In this document: piece by piece, positions 28,423 through 38,909 of the stretch
Layout: every line of letters begins with the position of its first letter
Position numbering within the stretch: position 1 is the first letter of the stretch
Assembly: GCA_963665235.2 (NCBI GenBank)
Contig: CAXXLX010000001.1
Span: forward strand, 3,328,001 to 3,392,000
Direction of reading: 5' to 3'
Source: Candidatus Poribacteria bacterium
GTDB lineage: Bacteria > Poribacteria > WGA-4E > WGA-3G
Length of the DNA stretch: 64,000 nt
Program-made: the position numbers and the translations under genes
Notes under the pieces: generated by a model
Databases searched by the model: none
What the model saw: only the letters and a program-made list of their open reading frames with translations
Told to the model about the DNA's origin: nothing

Positions 28423-29124
28423 CTATATTTTCTCATATACTGCCCGGTAGATGTCTCGACCTTCCGAGCGATATTTCATCTCAAAATTAGTGGCAATATG
28501 CTCATAACCACTACTTAAATTCAGCGGAACGGGCTGTAACGGTGTCAACTGTGAAAGTCGCTCGCGGATTTCGCTGAAATATTCTGCATAATCTGTAGCG
28601 ATATAAAGCTTTCCGCTGTCTGGGGTGAGCGTTCGCGTCACCGCTGCGAGAAAATCCTGATTCCGAAATATTCTCCGTTTTCGCTGACGTTTCTTGGGCC
28701 ACGGGTCGGGAAAATAGATATGATAGGCTTGCACAGATTCGATAGGCACATATCGGGTCAAAAAATAGTTCGCATCTGTCCAGGCGAGTCGGACGTTGGT
28801 GAATGTGCCTGATGCCTTGTCCACAGAAAAATGCCGGATATATTTCTCAAACCGTTCCTGTGTGAACATCACGTACTTCTGTGCACGTTCCACGCCGATA
28901 TAGTTAACCGTTGGATGCTGTACTGCAGCTTCAAGCAGGAATTTGCCCTTGCCCGAGCCGATTTCGATTTCCACCGGATGCGGATTGCCGAAGAACGTTT
29001 CCCAGTCAATCGGCGCGTGAAACTCACGCAGCGCAATTTCGCTCCCTCGAACAATGTCAATTATCTGAGAATGCCTCGTTGTATTCTGATAGTAGATGTC
29101 GTTGTAACGTGGTTCTTCGTTCAT
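28423..29124 (-). CDS. trmB: tRNA (guanine-N7)-methyltransferase
   Basis: EIEIGSGKG, YFPDPWPKKR, ATD, TNFE. Confidence 0.95.
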   Translation of the reverse strand: MNEEPRYNDIYYQNTTRHSQIIDIVRGSEIALREFHAPIDWETFFGNPHPVEIEIGSGKGKFLLEAAVQHPTVNYIGVERAQKYVMFTQERFEKYIRHFSVDKASGTFTNVRLAWTDANYFLTRYVPIESVQAYHIYFPDPWPKKRQRKRRIFRNQDFLAAVTRTLTPDSGKLYIATDYAEYFSEIRERLSQLTPLQPVPLNLSSGYEHIATNFEMKYRSEGRDIYRAVYEKI

Positions 29125-29882
29125 AGCTCGCCACTTAAAAATTTATGCTGATGTGTCTTAACGAGGTTATCTTGCGGCTTATACCCTAATACCTCAACCG
29201 CGCCGCTTATATCCAGATAACTCTGCTGATACCCATCCGTATTTGCGGAACGTCCGTAAGTGATTAGGTATTTGACGGGCCCCTCGTAATCTACCGCGCA
29301 CTGAAAAAGTTGGACGCAATCTCGTGGTGTCAACAAGGTGCTACAGTGTCGAAGGCTATTCGGCTCTGAAGTGCCGTTGAAACTGCCAATTCGGATGCTA
29401 ATGAACCGCATATCGTGTGCATCAACTAGATAGCGTCCAGCAATTTCCGCCATGCCCTTCATCGCACCGTACCAGCCATCCGGACGAAACTGTGCACCAG
29501 TAGAAAAACGGGGTGGCGAACTTAACCGCTCGTTCCATCCAGAGACGTGATTCGTGCTTGCGTATACAATCTTCTGAACCCCCGCCTCTTGTGCCGCCTC
29601 AAACAACGTCATTGACGCGCCGATGTCGCTCACTTCCCCGGGAACCTTCCCGAGTGAATTTTGGCGTATGTAAGCGAGATGCACCAAAACATCTTGGTCG
29701 TTACACAATTCCCGCATGACAGCATAGTCCCGAATATCTGCTTGTACCACGTGAGATACGGCACCAACAATCGGGTCAATATCCATCAACGTTAGCGTAT
29801 AGATGCCTTGTTCTTCCCAAGCTTTCCATAGGGCAGTGCCAACTGTTCCCGCTGCCCCTGTGATGAGCACACGCTTCTTCAT
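29121..29882 (-). CDS. NAD-dependent epimerase/dehydratase (uronate dehydrogenase-like)
   Basis: LITGAAGTVG, YASTNH, YGAMKG, IRIGS. Confidence 0.9.
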   Translation of the reverse strand: MKKRVLITGAAGTVGTALWKAWEEQGIYTLTLMDIDPIVGAVSHVVQADIRDYAVMRELCNDQDVLVHLAYIRQNSLGKVPGEVSDIGASMTLFEAAQEAGVQKIVYASTNHVSGWNERLSSPPRFSTGAQFRPDGWYGAMKGMAEIAGRYLVDAHDMRFISIRIGSFNGTSEPNSLRHCSTLLTPRDCVQLFQCAVDYEGPVKYLITYGRSANTDGYQQSYLDISGAVEVLGYKPQDNLVKTHQHKFLSGEL

Positions 29883-29883
29883 G

Positions 29884-32598
29884 CTACTGCTCCGCCATAT
29901 TCAACGCCTCTAGAATTTGTGCACGCATTACCTGCGGTTCCGCAATGGGTTGAACGTAGAACCGGTCAACCGCTTGTCCGCCTAAGACAGAGCATTTGCA
30001 CATCTCAACGTTCAACTCCAATTTCGCCAGAATTCCACTGAAATAGTGTAGAAACCCTATCCGTTCCTCACCCTTGACGACAATTTCTGCATAGTTTCGT
30101 GTCATCTCCACGGTAACGTCGTCAACGCGCCAGGTGCCCCCTGGCGTGACATAGTGTTTCTCAAAAACCTGCTCAAGCGTTACCTCTTGGGCCATCAGAC
30201 TACGTATGTCAAAATCAAGGTTCCGTTTCAATTCTTCGTCAAGTGGCATGGATTCACCGCTGCTATGTGGGGGTTGATGCTCTAATCGATAAATTTCCAA
30301 CTCTACGTTGGTATCCTGTTTTGTGTAGATACGTGCATCCTGTACATCAATATTGTTTGCAAAAAATAGTCCACTCACTGTGTGTAGCTTGCCAATTCGG
30401 CTCCGACTACAAAGATGCAACTCGGTAAACCCTGGCTTATCGACAAATTGGATAATAGCTGCATCGGCTGTTGTTTCCGTGGCCCCGGGAGCTCCCCCTT
30501 CTACCTGTGTAGTCATCTTAATATGCATTGCAATTTCTTCAGGGGCAACGCCAATACGGTAAGAGACCGGCATCTGTTGCAGAAATTGCTGAAATTCTTC
30601 TTGCGATGCATAGAGCCCCCACTGTGATTCTTCCTGTCCCACAAAACGTGTTCGGGCAACTTCATACAATCTTTTCAGGTTATGTTTAACTAAATTGCTG
30701 AAGTTTTGCGAACCGTTCGCTTTTGAATCACAATACGTTAGTAGGTAAAGGGCTGTCAACCGTTCCAACGAATTAACTTTTTGGCAAAACTCAGAGATAG
30801 TGCTTTCATCCCATTGATGATATCTCGCCAAATTAATCATCGTAAGATGTTCCCGAATCAGAAAACAGATGTCATCTGTCTGTTGCGGTCTAAATCCAAA
30901 CTCCGGGGCAATACGTTCCGCTTTCTTCGCACCTGTTTCGGGATGACTCGGATCGGGTTTATCAATATCGTGTAGGAAAAGTGCCATGTAGAGCGGGGCA
31001 GCATCGGAAAGGGAACGGAAGGCGGTGTTTAGTTCCTCTAACTCCGAACCTGGAGATGACGACACCGGCAGTGTTGGACGCATACCACCGAACGGACTAC
31101 TTGACTCTGTTTGACGAATTTCATCAAGATAGGCAATCGCGGTGAGGGTGTGTTTTCCCACGGTATAAGGATCAAGACTTCGTTCACTCCGCGTCAGCAT
31201 CGCTTTTTCAAAACGCTCCCCCCCTTCCCCAAGCCGAGACAGAATGCCGAGCCGGTGCAGACGCGTTAAACTCTTTGCGACATCCCCAGGCGTTCTCATA
31301 AGTTCTGCCATCCGGCTCCGGAAACTTTCCCAGTCAAACGCATCGACATAAGCGAAAATAAAGGTTGCCAGCGAGGCATCAATTTCAAAATCATACTGCT
31401 GAAAGTAGCTAAACAGCTTAAAGAGCTCACCGGTGTCAAGTTCTCCGAAGTTATTATCAATACAGTAAAGCAGGTCTCTCCTGACCCCTAGCACATCGGA
31501 GACAGGTATGCCGTTTGCAAGAAATTTCCGAATTAGGAGCTCCGCCTTGAAATGCAGGTATTTCGCCTTAGCATAGTAATCCGCCATAAATTGGTAACGG
31601 CACTCCCCATTTTCACCCGGATACTCCAATGCGGCGGCGATTTGCGACTGTAGCTCATCCCCCTGCTCCGGATGATAGGTAAGTTCATCATGCGGGGAAT
31701 CCGCTAAAACATGAAGCAGATTGCGTACCTTGAACACAAAATCGAGAGAGGGCATCAATTGCTCGTCATCATACCGCACATAAAGGTCCGGAATTGAGGT
31801 AAAATCCGCGAGTCCACACATCCATAACGCATACTGAAGTGTTCGTAATCCGCCTCGGCCCGTTTTCACATCCGGTTGGTTTAGGTAGATAGTATCCTCG
31901 GCTGCTGCAAAGGAGTCCGCTTTTGATTTAAGCAGGTCTAGCACAAGCGAAATATCCGATTTTTCGGATCGAACCGCTTTCCGAAACTGCTCTGTCAGCC
32001 CAGAATCACCAGCGATAAACCGCATATCGATGAGAGCTGTCATGTCCTGATAGTTCCACTGTGCTATATCTCCCATCGGCCGGTAGATAAAACTAAATTC
32101 GAACCCCGGCACAGCCGCATGAAGACTATCAAAAAAATCGTAGAACCAACGGATAAGCTCAAGCGTACCTTCATCGTAAACCTCCTCAAGGTCCACCGAG
32201 GAGGTGTAGACAACATCCACATCTGAATAATAGCAGAGCTCATTTCTGCCGTAGCTCCCCACAGCATAGACTGCTATATCTGGTGCCCATGTATCTGGAA
32301 GGTTTTCAAGCAGGCCACTCTCCGCTATCTCTTCTATCTTGCGCAGCTCCGACAACTGTTTGGCATGTTCATCCTGAATCTGATAGGCGGCAACATCGTA
32401 AACCTTCTGGATGACAGCATCCCATATCTGTGTATGGCTATAACAAACAGCGAAACCCCCCTCTCCCGCTAAGATACGGGATTTGAGCTGTTCCCGCTCC
32501 GAGCGGATAAAGGCACCTAATCCCTCTCGCAACTCTTCAAGAGAAATAGCCAAGTCCGGAATATATTGATTGAGTCGATTTTCTATTTGTGCAGTCAT
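29884..32598 (-). CDS. glnD: [Protein-PII] uridylyltransferase / uridylyl-removing enzyme
   Basis: AVGSYGR.EL...SDVDV NTase motif, PDVKTGRGGLR, HD domain (HTL..LHDIDK), C-terminal ACT-like domains. Confidence 0.85.
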   Translation of the reverse strand: MTAQIENRLNQYIPDLAISLEELREGLGAFIRSEREQLKSRILAGEGGFAVCYSHTQIWDAVIQKVYDVAAYQIQDEHAKQLSELRKIEEIAESGLLENLPDTWAPDIAVYAVGSYGRNELCYYSDVDVVYTSSVDLEEVYDEGTLELIRWFYDFFDSLHAAVPGFEFSFIYRPMGDIAQWNYQDMTALIDMRFIAGDSGLTEQFRKAVRSEKSDISLVLDLLKSKADSFAAAEDTIYLNQPDVKTGRGGLRTLQYALWMCGLADFTSIPDLYVRYDDEQLMPSLDFVFKVRNLLHVLADSPHDELTYHPEQGDELQSQIAAALEYPGENGECRYQFMADYYAKAKYLHFKAELLIRKFLANGIPVSDVLGVRRDLLYCIDNNFGELDTGELFKLFSYFQQYDFEIDASLATFIFAYVDAFDWESFRSRMAELMRTPGDVAKSLTRLHRLGILSRLGEGGERFEKAMLTRSERSLDPYTVGKHTLTAIAYLDEIRQTESSSPFGGMRPTLPVSSSPGSELEELNTAFRSLSDAAPLYMALFLHDIDKPDPSHPETGAKKAERIAPEFGFRPQQTDDICFLIREHLTMINLARYHQWDESTISEFCQKVNSLERLTALYLLTYCDSKANGSQNFSNLVKHNLKRLYEVARTRFVGQEESQWGLYASQEEFQQFLQQMPVSYRIGVAPEEIAMHIKMTTQVEGGAPGATETTADAAIIQFVDKPGFTELHLCSRSRIGKLHTVSGLFFANNIDVQDARIYTKQDTNVELEIYRLEHQPPHSSGESMPLDEELKRNLDFDIRSLMAQEVTLEQVFEKHYVTPGGTWRVDDVTVEMTRNYAEIVVKGEERIGFLHYFSGILAKLELNVEMCKCSVLGGQAVDRFYVQPIAEPQVMRAQILEALNMAEQ

Positions 32599-32813
32599 GA
32601 GTTCCAAGATAATTTTGGCGGTGTAAACAACTTTCGTGATACCTAAAAATTCCTGCCAAATGCATTATATACCGAATCGAATTAAAAAACAAGTCTTTTT
32701 TTATTTCTTGGAAATTTTTGTTTGACATTAACACCAAAATTACGCTACAATAGAATAGAATAGAATACTGAAATCCTTGGACGCTAATTATCCCAGACTA
32801 TGGAAAGGAGTAC

Positions 32814-32925
32814 AGGACTTACGCAAATTTAGCAGAAACCTCGTAGGGGCGGGGTCCCCCCGCCCGCTATGCCTCCATCTCGATCCCACTAGCATAGGGG
32901 TTTATCAACGTGCTGCGTAAGTCCT
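32814..32925. mobile_element. MITE with 12-bp TIRs, an internal REP-like hairpin and a 7-bp target-site duplication
   Basis: AGGACTTACGCA...TGCGTAAGTCCT with GGAGTAC on both sides. Confidence 0.85.
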
Positions 32926-32937
32926 GGAGTACATATA

Positions 32938-33537
32938 ATGTCACCAATTTGGTCTACAGTGATATTGCCTATTATTACATCCCTTGCCGCAACAGGACTG
33001 GTAATTTTGGCGGTCTGGCTCTTCGATCGCAAACGGAGAGGGGATGCGCACGCTAACCAAATTTCTCATATCCTGAATGAAATTAGCGACATCAGGAATA
33101 AAATGGAGAACGTTTTGGGGCGCATATTCCTTGAGACCGCAAAGAATGAAAAATTTAGGGATGACATCAAGGAAGACCTTCAAACGCTACGGGAAGAATT
33201 TGGAACGCTACAAGTCGACTACCAAACGCTACGGGAAGAATTTGGAACGCTACGGGAAGAGTTTAAGTACGATATTCGGAAAATAGATGAGCAGGTCTCC
33301 GAAAATAGGGACATGATTGCACAACTGCAGGAACAGGTCTCCGAAAATAGGACTATGATTGCACAACTACAGGGGCAGGTCTCCGAAAATAGGGACATGA
33401 TTGCACAACTGCAGGAACAGGTCTCCGAAAATAGGGACATGATTTACAAACTCATAAATGTTACTGAAAATCTCCAAGGTATAGTCGAAAATCTCCAGAA
33501 CATAGTACGGGATAATCTTCAGAGAGAATCACAATGA
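32938..33537 (+). CDS. Membrane-anchored coiled-coil protein with internal tandem repeats
   Basis: N-terminal TM helix; QTLREEFGTL and QVSENRDMIAQLQE repeats. Promoter TTGACA-18-TACAAT at 32722-32751. Confidence 0.8.
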   Translation: MSPIWSTVILPIITSLAATGLVILAVWLFDRKRRGDAHANQISHILNEISDIRNKMENVLGRIFLETAKNEKFRDDIKEDLQTLREEFGTLQVDYQTLREEFGTLREEFKYDIRKIDEQVSENRDMIAQLQEQVSENRTMIAQLQGQVSENRDMIAQLQEQVSENRDMIYKLINVTENLQGIVENLQNIVRDNLQRESQ

Positions 33538-33580
33538 TACGCTTTGAACGCGCTATCTGTTAGGGCTATGTCGTTTTCCA

Positions 33581-34810
33581 CTACGTTGTCGTGCGCAGGT
33601 CAAAGACGGTTTTGACTGTGGCGGTTTTTCCTGTGTTAAGAGCAGTCTGCAGCGCGCGTTTGTAGTCTTGAAGCAGAAATGGAGTACCGACTAATGATAA
33701 CAACTGCGTTCCGTGTTCCTGTAAAAGTCGCAAGCCGAGTTGAAATGTGTGAATCTCTTCCCCTTTATAGGTTTCAAGCCCGTACGTGTAAGCCCCCTTT
33801 ACACGTAATTGTTTATACCAGATAGATGTCCAATCGATATTTTTCGGTATTCCTGGCATACCGAGTAAAATCACCTCACCGTCTGCCCGCGTAAAACGTA
33901 GCGCGTCGTCTATCGAAGTGCTGGAGCCCACACAATCGAACGTAACATCTACACCGCCCAATAAGACCTGTTGTCCGAGTTCAGGTTGATACGGTTCAGC
34001 ATCGGTCAATTCGCAAAAGGCGGCGTATCGACCACTATTTGCTGGTATCACTACGTCCGCACCGAACTCGCGTGCGAATTCCTGTTGGTGTGGATGTTTT
34101 GCCAAGATAAGAATTCGCTTTCGATAGTCGAGCATCCGTAATGCGGCCACGGTGAGCAATCCGATTGTCCCCCCCCCAATCACACAGATATCGTCTGTCT
34201 CCTGAATTTCAGCCTGCAACACACCGTGTATTGCACAGGCGAACGGTTCAAGCAGAACAGCCAATTCATCTGAAATTTCATCGGGGACCGGGTGAAGTTG
34301 TGATTGATGCGCTAAGAGATATTGACTCCATCCACCGCCTGTATCTCGGCAATAGCCTGTTTGAACGCCTTCGGAGATGCTCCCTCTTGTGATGTTTTCA
34401 CAGTGGGTGAAACGTGCGTTTTGACACTGATAACACGGCGGGTCAATTTCTCGCACACGACACGGGAGTGCCGGTTCAATGACGACTCTTTCTCCTAGAG
34501 ATACGCCTTCGATGGCATCCCCGAGCTCCGCAACTTCACCTACGATTTCGTGTCCAAACACAAAAGGGGTTGATGTGAACGGTGAAAAATAGGGGCTGCC
34601 CTTTGCAGTAATCGTTGCCAAATCGGAGCCGCAGATGCCACTGAGACGCGTCCTAATTTTGACCCATTGTGGGGTTGGCAGTTGCGGCTCCGGCACATCC
34701 ACGAGGCGCGTGCATGAGATAGGGGACGTATACAGGCTCCGCCAACTTTTACCGAGGTAACGCATTGCGAGATAACGGGGGATGCTTTTGATATATTGAA
34801 TTGCTTGCAT
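33581..34810 (-). CDS. Zinc-binding (MDR) alcohol dehydrogenase
   Basis: GICGSD, GHEIVG, LLEPFACA, IGGGTIG. Confidence 0.92.
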   Translation of the reverse strand: MQAIQYIKSIPRYLAMRYLGKSWRSLYTSPISCTRLVDVPEPQLPTPQWVKIRTRLSGICGSDLATITAKGSPYFSPFTSTPFVFGHEIVGEVAELGDAIEGVSLGERVVIEPALPCRVREIDPPCYQCQNARFTHCENITRGSISEGVQTGYCRDTGGGWSQYLLAHQSQLHPVPDEISDELAVLLEPFACAIHGVLQAEIQETDDICVIGGGTIGLLTVAALRMLDYRKRILILAKHPHQQEFAREFGADVVIPANSGRYAAFCELTDAEPYQPELGQQVLLGGVDVTFDCVGSSTSIDDALRFTRADGEVILLGMPGIPKNIDWTSIWYKQLRVKGAYTYGLETYKGEEIHTFQLGLRLLQEHGTQLLSLVGTPFLLQDYKRALQTALNTGKTATVKTVFDLRTTT

Positions 34811-34814
34811 TGTG

Positions 34815-35169
34815 GTATCTCCAAAGAGCTCACGGTTTTATCAGATACGTCCTCACTGCTGCATAGCGTTAGGTGAAAGTCTACCAATTTTCACAATCTC
34901 GCCGCGGATCAAGTTCATTGTAAACATCCATGGCCGGATCATCCCATCCAACACTGAGTCCAACTTTAACGAGCAGAGCCCGCTGTTCTTCAATAGCGAG
35001 TGGATTTGTGTTGTAGAGGACATCTTGGACCTGATCGAATATGTTAGCAGGTAACACAACGTACTCTGAACCTAAGTTTCTGCGTATCGCCACAAGTCGG
35101 TTCAAGACGTACAGGCTGCCCATTAGCCTCCTGAACTGCTTGTTGGAGTTTTTTAGTCAGCACAATCAT
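34815..35169 (-). pseudogene. Degraded small antitoxin-like gene plus a possible PemK/MazF toxin remnant
   Basis: GGAGG RBS and MIVLTKKLQQAVQEANGQPVRL, then frame disruption, then SEYVVLP..GWDDPAMDVYNELDPRR. An overlapping frame reads RGEIV/KIGRLSPNAMQQ. Confidence 0.5.
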
Positions 35170-35218
35170 AATGCTTTCCTCCTAGAACTTGTTATTAAGA
35201 CATGAGTTCTGATGACTA

Positions 35219-36510
35219 TTATACCACTGCATCCGCCTCAGTTTGGTAATACGCCATCAAAATCTCCGCTTTACTTCTGAGTTTGATAAGGGTCTTGAGA
35301 TTTCTGGGGGTCAGGTAATATCTGCTCAACCTGCGGCAAGAATTTCCCGTAACTTCGTTCCTGAAATCTGTGAAATAATCGTCGTCACCGTGGGGGCAGT
35401 TACGTGCCATGACGATTTCATTGCACTCAAAAATCTTGTCTACCGGAAACATATTATTGGCGCATTCACTGTTGCTGATTGCACCACATTGTCCAATCCC
35501 CAATTTCGTCGATGCAAGATGCCGATTTTCAGAGCGTCTTCGGGAATTTCATCGAAGATGTCTTGTGCATCAAACGGCTCGTAATAGCTGCCAGCCCCCG
35601 CATGGTCCACGGCCGACGATGAAATGCGATGCACCACAATTCTGACGGAAAACGGCATGCAACAATGCCTCCCGCGGACCGGCGTAGAGCATATCAAATC
35701 CGTAGCCGGTAATAGAGACGGTATTTTCAGGAAAATAGTGTTTTACCATACCATCGCACGGATAGCGGCATCCCGCACGGCGGCAGGAATATCGCCCGAC
35801 TTGAGCTTGCCGAGGAGCATGTGAATTAAAACGCCATCAGCACTGACCTCTCTTTGTGCTATCTTACACAGTGCTTCGTGAGCACGGTGCATCGGGTTTC
35901 GCGTCTGGAAGGCGACAACGGTGTTCCATCCACGCGCCGCAATATCCTCCCGAATTTCGACAGCTGTGCGGAACGTGTCGGGAAAATCTTCAGGAAAGTA
36001 GGAGTAGTTCAACACGTCTATGGTGCCAGAGAGGAGGTTATCTCCGGCATTAGCGAAAGCGGGAACACCCGGATGTTCAAGGTCGGTTGTTCCAAAGGTC
36101 TTTTCAATGATAAGGTGTTTCTGTTCTGATGAGAGCACTTCAATTGCCGAAACCTTCATAACGGCGAGTGGCGGGTTGCCTTCAACGTTCGGGTCACGTA
36201 GAGCGATGCGGTCCGCGTTCTTCACTGTATCGGTCAGCTGTTCCGTCGGGATGAGATTCATCACCGGGACAGGCCAGAAGAGGCCGTTTGGGAGCTGCAT
36301 ATCGGAGGCGACACACATTGCCTCAGCGATGTTCATGTATCCCGTAAGCGGTGTGAAGTAGCCGGATGCAAGCATAACGGCTGATGCAGCGGCCCCTGAG
36401 GATATCAGGACAGATGGCAGTTGTTCCGCCTCCTGTGTCAGTTCGGCGCGGCGTGCATCATCCGAAACGTAAAGCGGTGTTAAGGTTTCGGCTCCGTGTG
36501 GTTTAATCAT
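35219..36510 (-). pseudogene. sat: Sulfate adenylyltransferase with multiple frameshifts
   Basis: MIKPHG, VAFQTRNPMHRAHE and GKLKSGDIP, then in other frames [41 protein letters not shown] and AEILMAYY. Confidence 0.9.
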
Positions 36511-36549
36511 TAAGGAGGGCTCCTTTAAAATCTAAAAGGGAAAATCGGG

Positions 36550-38709
36550 TTATTCTTCATCGGCAGCGAGTTGTTCAACGACACATCCGTTCCAAATCCA
36601 GTGCCCGTGTTCTTTAGCCGTTGGCACCCGTTTTTTGGGTGTATAAATTACCAGGGCGAGATAACCGGTTTTCACCTCAACCGTGGCTTCCGTTTCAACC
36701 CGTTCATTGTGGGGCGGTACAATCAGTTTTTTTATGATAGACTGTCCGTTTGCAAGCATATTAACTTGGTGGGTTGCGGCTTCGCTTGACTGAAAGACGT
36801 TGGTAATGCGATATGTGCCGTTGGGCAGGTCAACTCTGAAAGCCGCATCCTCTACGCCATAGACAGCGTCTTTGCTGAGCGGGCTTGACTCCGCTGAGAT
36901 TACACCTGCTTCCCGGGGTATGAGTCGCCAGTTTGTGGTATTATTATTATCTTTCGGATTCCACTCCGTATCCCATCCAAATTTGCCATCTTGATACATT
37001 GTTTTCGGAGCGACGCCGTGGTGGTTCGCTTCGATTTCGGCACCGTCGGGTTGCATATCAAAGCGGATAATCAAATTGCCCGCCGCTGTCTTATCCCAAA
37101 TGTCAAGTGTCGGTTGCGATGGGGTCTTTCTTTTAAACAGCCTTAGATGTTTCGTTTCATGGATAATGTCATAATTGGGTTTAAGGTCTTCAAACGTTTC
37201 GGTTTCTGGATATTGCCAAGCGATAACATAATCTGCGCGAATATAACCTAATCCGACGCTATCCTTGTTATTGCGGTTCACCGGAAAATAGTTATAGTTG
37301 GCTTCATAGTTTGCCATGTGAACGACATCATCGGCATACACGCCATAGAAAGCGGTGGAATGGACAAAGGGTGTAACATATTTAATTGTATTCTGCATCT
37401 CCATCTTTTTCTCCGCTTTATTGTAATGTCCGAACTGGTGGACAGATTTATGCCAGCCGCCTGTCCGGTGGGTAAACGTTGAATGCGGCTCTATCAGCTT
37501 TGCGCCCGATACAAGTTCTGTAATTTCAGACGAGATGCGTCCGTGGTCGTAGGCCGTTCTACCGCAGTGGAGCAAGGTGAAAGCAATTAGGAACATAATA
37601 ATACCGTTGCGAATATATTTATGCATATCCACGACTAACCACGGTGCCAACATCAGGAGGATATAGATATGAATACGGTCGTTAATCCACCCGCCCGGGC
37701 CATATCCCCACGGGGCTTTGATAAACATGTAGGTGAATAGGAGTGCGATTACCAAGAACACATCGGTTCGTCTCAGCTGTGACTTCCGATAAATTCGGTA
37801 ACCGACAGAGAGCACGATAGCAATACCTAACACAACCAGCAAGAAGTAGTTGACATGAACATGCCAATCGGTAAAATAGACTATTGATTTGACACCTAAA
37901 AAGTAGTCCCAAATCCACTCCATACCTCTATGGTGTCCTGTTCGATGCTGTTTGAGGCTCTGTAGGTAGTATTCCATCAACACAAAATAGATTGGCACCA
38001 TGTAAAGTAGAAAACGGAAAAGCGGTTTGATTGTGAGTGTGAACTGTTTGAACACATCAGCGGCACGCTGCTTCCGAACACGCCAAGCTTCCACAATCGA
38101 TTCGCTGCCCCATATAAACCCAGCAGCAACGGAAATGCCTAACACGACCAATCCGTAAGAGGCGATGTGCGATAGATAGGTGAGCAGCAACAACAGATAG
38201 AGTATACTGAGATGTTTTATCTGCATGTTGTCTTTGTGTTTCCACCAGTAGCCGAAACTGAAGAAGAAAAACGAGATGCTGAGCTCGAAGTTGTAAAACC
38301 CCATGTAGAGCAGGTAGTTGTAAGCAAACGGGAAACCGAGCCACGCGAACAGAAATCTATCTTTTCTACCTGTATGGACAGCGTTAAGGAAATAGAAGAA
38401 CGCAATCGGTATCATCCCTACGGCAATTGTGAGAAAAACCTTCTCAGCCATTACAGGCGGAAACACGTATAGGAGTGCAGCCAACATAATATGGGACAAC
38501 CAATTCGGAAAGATGGTAATATTGAGTTGCCATGCATCCCGCATTTTATAGTTTTCATGCTGCCCATACTCCTTCAGCACCAATCCGTTGTAAACGTGAC
38601 TAGCACCGTCTTGAGAGGGGAAGTAAGAAAAAATCCAAATCGGCAGGAGGTGTAATATCAACAGCACAGCAAATAGATGTTTCCACGATAAATTTCTCCA
38701 ATTCAACAT
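36550..38709 (-). CDS. Polytopic membrane protein, GT-C-like, with a C-terminal galactose-binding-like domain
   Basis: About 12 TM helices with PSQDGASH, PNW and MGFYNF. Soluble C-terminus RFDMQP..FGW..FRVDLPNGTYRIT. Confidence 0.65.
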   Translation of the reverse strand: MLNWRNLSWKHLFAVLLILHLLPIWIFSYFPSQDGASHVYNGLVLKEYGQHENYKMRDAWQLNITIFPNWLSHIMLAALLYVFPPVMAEKVFLTIAVGMIPIAFFYFLNAVHTGRKDRFLFAWLGFPFAYNYLLYMGFYNFELSISFFFFSFGYWWKHKDNMQIKHLSILYLLLLLTYLSHIASYGLVVLGISVAAGFIWGSESIVEAWRVRKQRAADVFKQFTLTIKPLFRFLLYMVPIYFVLMEYYLQSLKQHRTGHHRGMEWIWDYFLGVKSIVYFTDWHVHVNYFLLVVLGIAIVLSVGYRIYRKSQLRRTDVFLVIALLFTYMFIKAPWGYGPGGWINDRIHIYILLMLAPWLVVDMHKYIRNGIIMFLIAFTLLHCGRTAYDHGRISSEITELVSGAKLIEPHSTFTHRTGGWHKSVHQFGHYNKAEKKMEMQNTIKYVTPFVHSTAFYGVYADDVVHMANYEANYNYFPVNRNNKDSVGLGYIRADYVIAWQYPETETFEDLKPNYDIIHETKHLRLFKRKTPSQPTLDIWDKTAAGNLIIRFDMQPDGAEIEANHHGVAPKTMYQDGKFGWDTEWNPKDNNNTTNWRLIPREAGVISAESSPLSKDAVYGVEDAAFRVDLPNGTYRITNVFQSSEAATHQVNMLANGQSIIKKLIVPPHNERVETEATVEVKTGYLALVIYTPKKRVPTAKEHGHWIWNGCVVEQLAADEE

Positions 38710-38780
38710 ATTTTCTCTCCCAGTCCTTCCTTAAAAGTAGTAGGCACAAGCCGTTGTGCCATCAAAAAAACTTAGATGTC

Positions 38781-38894
38781 AGGATGGACGCAAATTTAGG
38801 ACTAAACCTCGTAGGGGCGAGGTCCCCTCGCCCGCTAGGTTTCCTCCTATGCTCCCATTATCTATGGACTTTATCAACGCGCTGCGTCCGTCCT
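38781..38894. mobile_element. Second copy of the MITE family, next to a GTAG-REP (38737-38760)
   Basis: AGGATGGACGCA...TGCGTCCGTCCT. Internal AAATTTAG..AAACCTCGTAGGGGCG..CGCCCGCTA..TTTATCAACG is shared with the 32814 copy. Confidence 0.8.
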
Positions 38895-38909
38895 GGCCGT
38901 GTCCCATTC

